Source: a virus. Taken from it: a stretch of 55,862 nt of DNA. A program made the position numbers and the translations under genes. Positions 52,602 through 55,862 of this stretch are shown in pieces. Under the pieces are notes generated by a model. The model was not told the origin of the DNA and searched no databases. It saw only the letters and a program-made list of their open reading frames with translations. Where the stretch lies: the IMG/VR virus record IMGVR_UViG_3300045988_121401; one strand, written 5' to 3'. Within the stretch, counting starts at the first letter, position 1; each line of letters begins with the position of its first letter.

Positions 52602-54413
52602 TCAGGCCCCGGCGGGGGCCGTGGTGGACGACTCCGGGCGGGCGTCGCCGGATGAGATCGGCGCCCCGCTATTCGGAACCCTACCCGGCTCGGCCGCGTC
52701 GGCGCCACTCGGCGGGCGGCCGGGGCCGTCCTGGTCAGGCCTGGGGGCTGAGGAGCCCTCCTCGGCGGGGTCGGTGGGAGGGGTCGGCGGCAGAGCGAGC
52801 TCGCGAATGGCCTCGGACGGGGCCGAGTAGTCGCCCTTGTACGCCTTCAGGATCTCCTCGGTCAGTGGGCCGATGCCGATCGTGCCCATCAGGTCCGGCC
52901 GCTTGGTGACCATGGCCAGGGCCTGCATGAGGGCCCGCTCGTCCAGGGGCTTGGCGTCGGAGTCGTCGAAGCCCGAGGCCTCGCGCAGCGCCTCGTCCGA
53001 CACGGCGCCGGCGCGGTGGAGGTTCAGCGCCTCCTCGGACCGGTTCGGCCTGGCCACGAGGGCGGAGACGTCGTAGCCGACGGAAAGTGTGCGGACCTCG
53101 TCCTCGCTCAGGCCCGCCGAGCGCAGGACCGGGCGAAGGTACTGGCTGGTCAGGGCGTCGCAGATGAGGGCGAGGACCGGCTCGATGTGCGTGGTCACCG
53201 TGTCCTCGCGGGTGAGCCACGCCCCCCAGTGGTTCATGGCACCCGAGCCGAGCAGCAGCTCCGGCGGGGCGTCCTGGGCCAGGGCCAGGCGGCGGATCGC
53301 CTCATCACGCAGGTCGCGGGCGCCGGCGTCCAGGGCCGAGGAGAACGTGAGGTGGCTCATCTTGTCCGCCGCCTCATCCGGCACGGTCACGACGAGGGGC
53401 ACGACGGCGGACGCGTCGTCCCGGTTCTCGATCGGCCGCAGCATCGAGTCCATCAGGGCGGCCACGAACGGGTCCGGCGCGCCGTAGGCGTTCTGGTCGG
53501 ACGCGTCCGCGGCCAGGGCCGCTGAGGCCGAGGAGGGCACGACCAGGATGCCGGCGCCGGCCAGGCGGGAGTCGATCTGGGCGCTGATGTGTCGCGTCAG
53601 CCCGATCAGCTCGCGCAGGATCGGCAGGCAGGCCCGCGTCGGGCTGTCCGCCTCCCAGTAGCGGGCCGGGTGCGGGCGCCACACGCGAACCATGTAGACG
53701 TCCTGCGAGGGGACCTCGACCGGCGCCGATCCGTCGGTGCCCAGGTTCAGGCGCACGGCGCGCCCGTCGGCCCCGACGGAGGAGACCTCCGTGACCGCCA
53801 GCACGCGCCACACAAGGTCGCTGAGGCTGGGGTCGGGCGAGGGGGCGGTGACCGCCGGGGCCGAGGACGGGGAGACCTCGTCGATGACGTGGCGCGGCAC
53901 GCCGACCAGCCACCCCTCGCCGGCGACGAACAGGTTCGTCGCGAGGCGCTGGAGCATCTGGCCGAGGTCCTGCTGAGACGCGCCGAGCGCGGACAGGACC
54001 GCCTCGGCCAGGGCGGCGGTGGGGCCGGTGGCGGTGTCGGTCGCGTCGGTCTCGTCGTCGCGGAGGGACGAGTGCGGGCCGGTGGCTGGCTTGTGCTGGA
54101 CGTAGAGGCGCGCCTGGCTCAGGCGGCCGGCCAGGGTCGAGGCCAGGAACCTCTCCTCACCGACCTCGTCGTAGGCAGCCCACGCCTCAGCCTGCCACGA
54201 GCGTGAGCCGAGAGAGGCGCCTCGCGCGGCGCCTCGCGCGGCGCCTGCGGCTGAGGACGCGGCGCGGGAACGGGAGGAAGCCGCCGGCCTGGAGGCCGCC
54301 GCGGTCAGGGCCGTGGCGCGGGGGCCGGCCGGCGGCTGCTGGACGATGACGCCACGGCGGGCCAGGGCGCGGGAGCGGTAGGCGTCGAGGCTGGAGACGG
54401 GAGAGGCGGTCAC
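52602..54413 (-). CDS. Portal protein
   Basis: 603 aa, GTG start with GTGA overlap. Position and conserved central region typical of siphovirus portals. Confidence 0.8.
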   Translation of the reverse strand: MTASPVSSLDAYRSRALARRGVIVQQPPAGPRATALTAAASRPAASSRSRAASSAAGAARGAARGASLGSRSWQAEAWAAYDEVGEERFLASTLAGRLSQARLYVQHKPATGPHSSLRDDETDATDTATGPTAALAEAVLSALGASQQDLGQMLQRLATNLFVAGEGWLVGVPRHVIDEVSPSSAPAVTAPSPDPSLSDLVWRVLAVTEVSSVGADGRAVRLNLGTDGSAPVEVPSQDVYMVRVWRPHPARYWEADSPTRACLPILRELIGLTRHISAQIDSRLAGAGILVVPSSASAALAADASDQNAYGAPDPFVAALMDSMLRPIENRDDASAVVPLVVTVPDEAADKMSHLTFSSALDAGARDLRDEAIRRLALAQDAPPELLLGSGAMNHWGAWLTREDTVTTHIEPVLALICDALTSQYLRPVLRSAGLSEDEVRTLSVGYDVSALVARPNRSEEALNLHRAGAVSDEALREASGFDDSDAKPLDERALMQALAMVTKRPDLMGTIGIGPLTEEILKAYKGDYSAPSEAIRELALPPTPPTDPAEEGSSAPRPDQDGPGRPPSGADAAEPGRVPNSGAPISSGDARPESSTTAPAGA

Positions 54414-54874
54414 TTCGAGTCCTTCGTCGCGGCGGGCTGGGCGGCGGGCGTGTCGAGCCGGTGCGAGACGTGGCCCACGACGTAGGCCGCCGCGAGGGAT
54501 GCCGAGGCGGCGCGCAGGGCGCGTCCGAGCGGGGAGCGGCGCCGCGGGCGCGAGGACGTGAGGGCCAGCGCGGTCCCCAGGAGGAGGGTCGCCTGCGTGC
54601 CGACGCAGAACGGGCAGTCCAGGGCCGACACGGTCCGGTGGCGCCAGGCCTGGGGAGGGGCGAGGTAGCCGAAGGGCTGGCCCGGCTCACGCCTGGAGGC
54701 CCACCGGTGCAGCGGGTCCGACAGGACCCAGCCGCCCAGGACGTCGGTCGTGGCGAAGCGGGTGACGCGCAGCGCCGCGCCGACGGTCAGGGCGGCATCG
54801 ACGGCGAGCAGGGCCGCGTCGGCCAGCGCCTCGCGGGCGCCTCCAGCCTGAGAGGTCGTGGGGGAAGGTGACAT
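54410..54874 (-). CDS. DUF1360-like membrane protein
   Basis: RVTRFATTDVL ... LDCPFCVG matches the DUF1360 signature (recalled). The start is ATG 54874 or 54886. Confidence 0.55.
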   Translation of the reverse strand: MSPSPTTSQAGGAREALADAALLAVDAALTVGAALRVTRFATTDVLGGWVLSDPLHRWASRREPGQPFGYLAPPQAWRHRTVSALDCPFCVGTQATLLLGTALALTSSRPRRRSPLGRALRAASASLAAAYVVGHVSHRLDTPAAQPAATKDSK

Positions 54875-54888
54875 GTATGCTCCCATAC
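54875..54888 (-). promoter_or_regulatory. Palindrome GTATGCTCCCATAC abutting the first start codon of the structural operon
   Basis: Read directly. No matching GGCTTGC -35. Confidence 0.4.
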
Positions 54889-55110
54889 AAAAGGTTGAGG
54901 GTGGGGGATTGGTACTGATTATAGGGGGGTCAAGCCCACCCCCTCCCTATCAGTCTCGCCGTGAACTTTTCGAAACCCCTATGGGTGAGGGCTCGGCCCC
55001 ATCGGTCGGGCCTGATCGAGAGGGGGTGCCTATCGGCCATCGGTCGGCCCCGGACGGTAGGCGATGCCTATGAGTGGACGGCCCCGCGCTCGCGGATCCT
55101 ATGAGCGAGG

Positions 55111-55144
55111 GCGGGGCAGGGCGGGGCAGGGCGGGGCAGGGCGG
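55111..55144. repeat. Tandem 10-nt repeat GCGGGGCAGG (3.4 copies) ending at the P5 -35
   Basis: Read directly. Confidence 0.85.
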
Positions 55145-55145
55145 C

Positions 55146-55181
55146 TTGCCCTGCATGGGTATGCCCGCATACGCTAGGGGC
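55146..55181 (+). promoter_or_regulatory. Promoter-operator module P5 (leaderless): -35 TTGCCC 55146-55151, palindrome GTATGCCCGCATAC 55159-55172, -10 TACGCT 55170-55175
   Basis: 18-nt spacer. The -10 ends 6 nt before ATG 55182. Confidence 0.6.
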
Positions 55182-55598
55182 ATGAGCACAGAGACCACTG
55201 CCTACCGGATCCAGTCAGCCACCCGCCCGGTCGAGGCCCTGCTCGACCCCGAGCAGCAGCTGTCGTTCCCCATGGACGAAGACGACGAGATGGTCCGCCA
55301 CGGCGTGAGTGGCTGCCTGACCCTCGCCGACCTGGCTGCCTACACCGCCACCCACGCCATCAGCTCCGGCGCGGGCGGTCCGGTCCTGGTGAGGATCACC
55401 GGGCCCCTGTCCGAGGACACCCCCTGCGACGAGGATGACGGTGAGGTGCTGCTCCTCCCCACCCGCGCTGAGGTGGTCGAGGATGACGCTGCCCTCTTCG
55501 AGCTGGTGTCCGACCTGGTCGACCTGCACCTCACCAACCCTGCCCGCTACGACTGCGCGGCCCTGCGCGAGATCGCGGCCGAGCGCCTGCCCGGCTGA
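55182..55598 (+). CDS. Acidic hypothetical protein (138 aa)
   Basis: ORF 55074..55598 trimmed to ATG 55182 (MSTETTAYRIQ...). Confidence 0.6.
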   Translation: MSTETTAYRIQSATRPVEALLDPEQQLSFPMDEDDEMVRHGVSGCLTLADLAAYTATHAISSGAGGPVLVRITGPLSEDTPCDEDDGEVLLLPTRAEVVEDDAALFELVSDLVDLHLTNPARYDCAALREIAAERLPG

Positions 55599-55602
55599 CC
55601 CT

Positions 55603-55627
55603 CGCACCTCCCGCACCTCCCGCACCT
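55603..55627. repeat. Tandem 9-nt repeat CGCACCTCC (2.8 copies)
   Basis: Read directly, starting 5 nt after the stop of 55182..55598. Confidence 0.8.
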
Positions 55628-55742
55628 GAGGCCTGCCCACGCTAGGACCTAGGTCCCACACCCCCCCTCCCTCTGCTGTGCCATCGGGCGCGCACACACG
55701 CGGCCGTGCGCGCAGGCATATAGGCATAGCCCCTTCGGGCTG

Positions 55743-55773
55743 CCTGCCCACCGCCTGCCCACCGCCTGCCCCG
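55743..55773. repeat. Tandem 11-nt repeat GCCTGCCCACC (2.8 copies)
   Basis: Read directly. Confidence 0.8.
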
Positions 55774-55807
55774 GAACGAGGAGGAGGGGGCGCCGCCGGC
55801 GGTGTCC

Positions 55808-55862
55808 CACACCGCCCCGCTCGGGCACACCGCCCCGCTCGGGCACACCGCCCCGCTCGGGC
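55808..55862. repeat. Terminal repeat, identical to nt 1-55
   Basis: Read directly. Confidence 0.9.

Overview
The window is a complete or near-complete genome of about 55.8 kb from a high-GC actinobacterial siphovirus-type phage or phage-like element. Nucleotides 1-55 are identical to 55808-55862, so the molecule closes on itself (55,807 unique nt) or carries an assembler overlap. About 55 tightly packed genes lie on the minus strand. Read 5'->3' on that strand they are: a DUF1360-like membrane protein, portal, MuF+protease fusion, capsid with a scaffold-like N-terminus, two further structural proteins and head-tail connectors. Then come tail chaperones with a frameshift, tape measure, Dit-like and minor tail proteins, a tail-collar fibre, endolysin, holin and an SGNH-esterase fibre-like protein. 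Next is a small lower-GC accessory island holding the only internal plus-strand gene (HTH-metallophosphoesterase). A replication/recombination module follows: family A DNA polymerase, prim-pol/helicase, SNF2 helicase, Cas4-like nuclease, RecA-like ATPase, DUF669-type SSB-like protein, VRR-NUC and a SWIM protein. The strand ends with terS, terL, MazG and a run of small unknown genes. A few plus-strand genes flank the circular junction. I found no integrase, tRNA, rRNA or CRISPR array. The main signals not explained by genes are these. (1) A promoter-palindrome module (GGCTTGCN, then GTATG-N4-CATAC overlapping a TACNNT -10) is repeated about 7 times in full, and five copies sit exactly 6-7 nt before an ATG, implying leaderless genes. 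(2) Two ORF-free, repeat- and hairpin-dense stretches (about 1.9 kb at 21.16-23.09 kb and about 1.2 kb at 1.09-2.32 kb) share several sequence elements; one of them has twin hairpins with different stems but an identical 21-nt loop. (3) An ordered operator array lies between the DNA polymerase gene and an HTH gene. All protein calls rest on motifs read by eye and recalled family signatures. No database search was run.
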